Assembly (NCBI RefSeq): GCF_009914755.1 | Contig: NC_060928.1 | Source of the DNA: the human T2T-CHM13v2.0 reference genome, Homo sapiens | DNA: 64,000 bases | Reading direction: 5' to 3' (one strand) | Part shown: one piece after another, positions 62,554 to 64,000 of the stretch | How positions within the stretch are numbered: the stretch's first letter is position 1 | Layout of the letters: each line of letters opens with the position of its first letter | Program-made: the position numbers and the translations under genes | Notes under the pieces: generated by a model | Seen by the model: only the letters and a program-made list of their open reading frames with translations | Told to the model about the DNA's origin: nothing | Databases searched by the model: none

Positions 62554-63794
62554 CTATTTTAAAAAATAAGAAGAATATGTTATTACATGTTATTGTTGCC
62601 AAAAATGTAGACCATTTAATTTAAAGGTCAAGTCAATAGAAAGCATTTTCACATATGGAGGAAGTTTTAGACATAAAATGGAAGTTTGAGATAAAATAAC
62701 TGTAACAAGCAATTTATGAAATGTAACAATTATTTTAGCAGTTAAATGGAAACTTTTGCATAATGATAAGGGGCTGAATGTTAATTAACCAGCAGTATGT
62801 AAACAAAAATATAAATGGTTCATTTAATTTGAGCTACCAACTTTATATCTTAAAAAGTAACTACAAAGCATATTATTTTAATGGGTGGGATAGCGATTTT
62901 TTCCAGCTTTTAATGTTATTGGTGGAAACAAACAATACCTGTGAATTTTAGCAGGTGTCCTACACAAGCAATAAGATGAGAAGGAAAAATGCAGGAAAAA
63001 GAGTGAGGAGGGGAAGAATAAGGAAAAAGGGAGAGAAAAAATAAAAAAGTAGGAATGGACAAAGTGCTACCAAGAACCGTCTTAGGTTCCATTGAACACC
63101 TATTTGTCAGTGCATTAGATGGTATGAAAGAAAATGTAGACGTGTACTATACCTATATCTATTCCTATTACCTAAAAGACCTTTTCTTGAATCATGGTTA
63201 AAATATTCCATGGCTTTAGAATTGATAAAAGATTTAAACTATTTTCAAAGAATGGTAAATATAACAAGAAGATAAAAGACATAATAAAAACAACCTATCT
63301 TGCTTTTATCTATCAGAAGTCTACCAGTACTTGGAGAACAGAGAATTCATTCAAATCACAACTACTGAGCACATTCCATGCAACACTTCAGTGCAGGCTT
63401 TTATGGCTTTTACAGCTTCCTTTGTTTCCTTAAGAAATCACACACGAGACCAATTTTACTTTTATATAATTTGAGATAATTTTGAAAGTTCATGTAATAC
63501 ACTGTAAAGTTTTGAAGGGGGGACTCCAACTTTACACCTAAATCTAAATGGAATCTTGAAACAGGCTTGTTTTACTCATATCCCACATACATCCATTTCA
63601 CTATCTCTACATTCCTCCAGTCTATAGTCATAACTCTGCAAACCACTCCAATCTGTTATCCTGCTTTCTCATGATCATCATATTCAAGTTTATCTTTCCT
63701 GATAGACCTTGAAACCCTCAATCTGTTGATCTGCAGCTATCAGGATACCTCCTTATATCTTATCTTAAAAAACAAAACAAACCTTAAATACATA

Positions 63795-64000
63795 CAGTCA
63801 TGTGCCACATAACAACGTTTCAGTCAGGACATACTAGAAGGTGGTCCCACAAGATTTTAATACTGTATTTTTACTGTACCTTTTCTATGTTTAGATACAC
63901 AAAAACTTACCACTGTGTTATAACTGCCTACAATACACAGTACAGTAACATACTGTACAGGTTTGTAGCCTAAGGGCTATGGGCTATACCATATAGCCTA
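63795..64000. mobile_element. Tigger-family DNA transposon (Tigger3a/MER7-like), runs off the window
   Basis: TA + cagtcatgtgccacataacaacgtttcagtca terminus and tactgtacaggtttgtagccta internal motif. Confidence 0.8.

Overview
Primate (very probably human, 4q12) genomic DNA. The window holds the 3' part of CHIC2 on the minus strand: coding exons 2-6 (62499-62553, 62203-62358, 27312-27368, 27086-27145, 23344-23394), all with canonical GT-AG ends. They splice into one frame ending ...VILIEFLPKTPIFRPD*; exon 1 lies beyond the window. An RPL21 processed pseudogene sits at the left edge. The 34.8-kb intron 3 contains an internally deleted HERV-H provirus (33327-38794, two LTR7-family LTRs, Phe-like PBS), a 5'-only SVA fragment, old L1M copies, a 5'-truncated L1PA and many Alus. 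I see no new protein-coding system; most short ORFs in the track are repeat-derived. The most interesting signals are structural: (i) a reconstructable ~3.5-kb inversion inside an old L1 with a ~500-bp inverted duplication at its breakpoints, (ii) a second, older inverted duplication that includes an Alu and unique flank, (iii) three nested retro-insertions at one site, and (iv) a TE-poor block next to exons 4-5 that may be regulatory. Repeat subfamily names are by eye and tentative; repeat boundaries and identity values are hand estimates.
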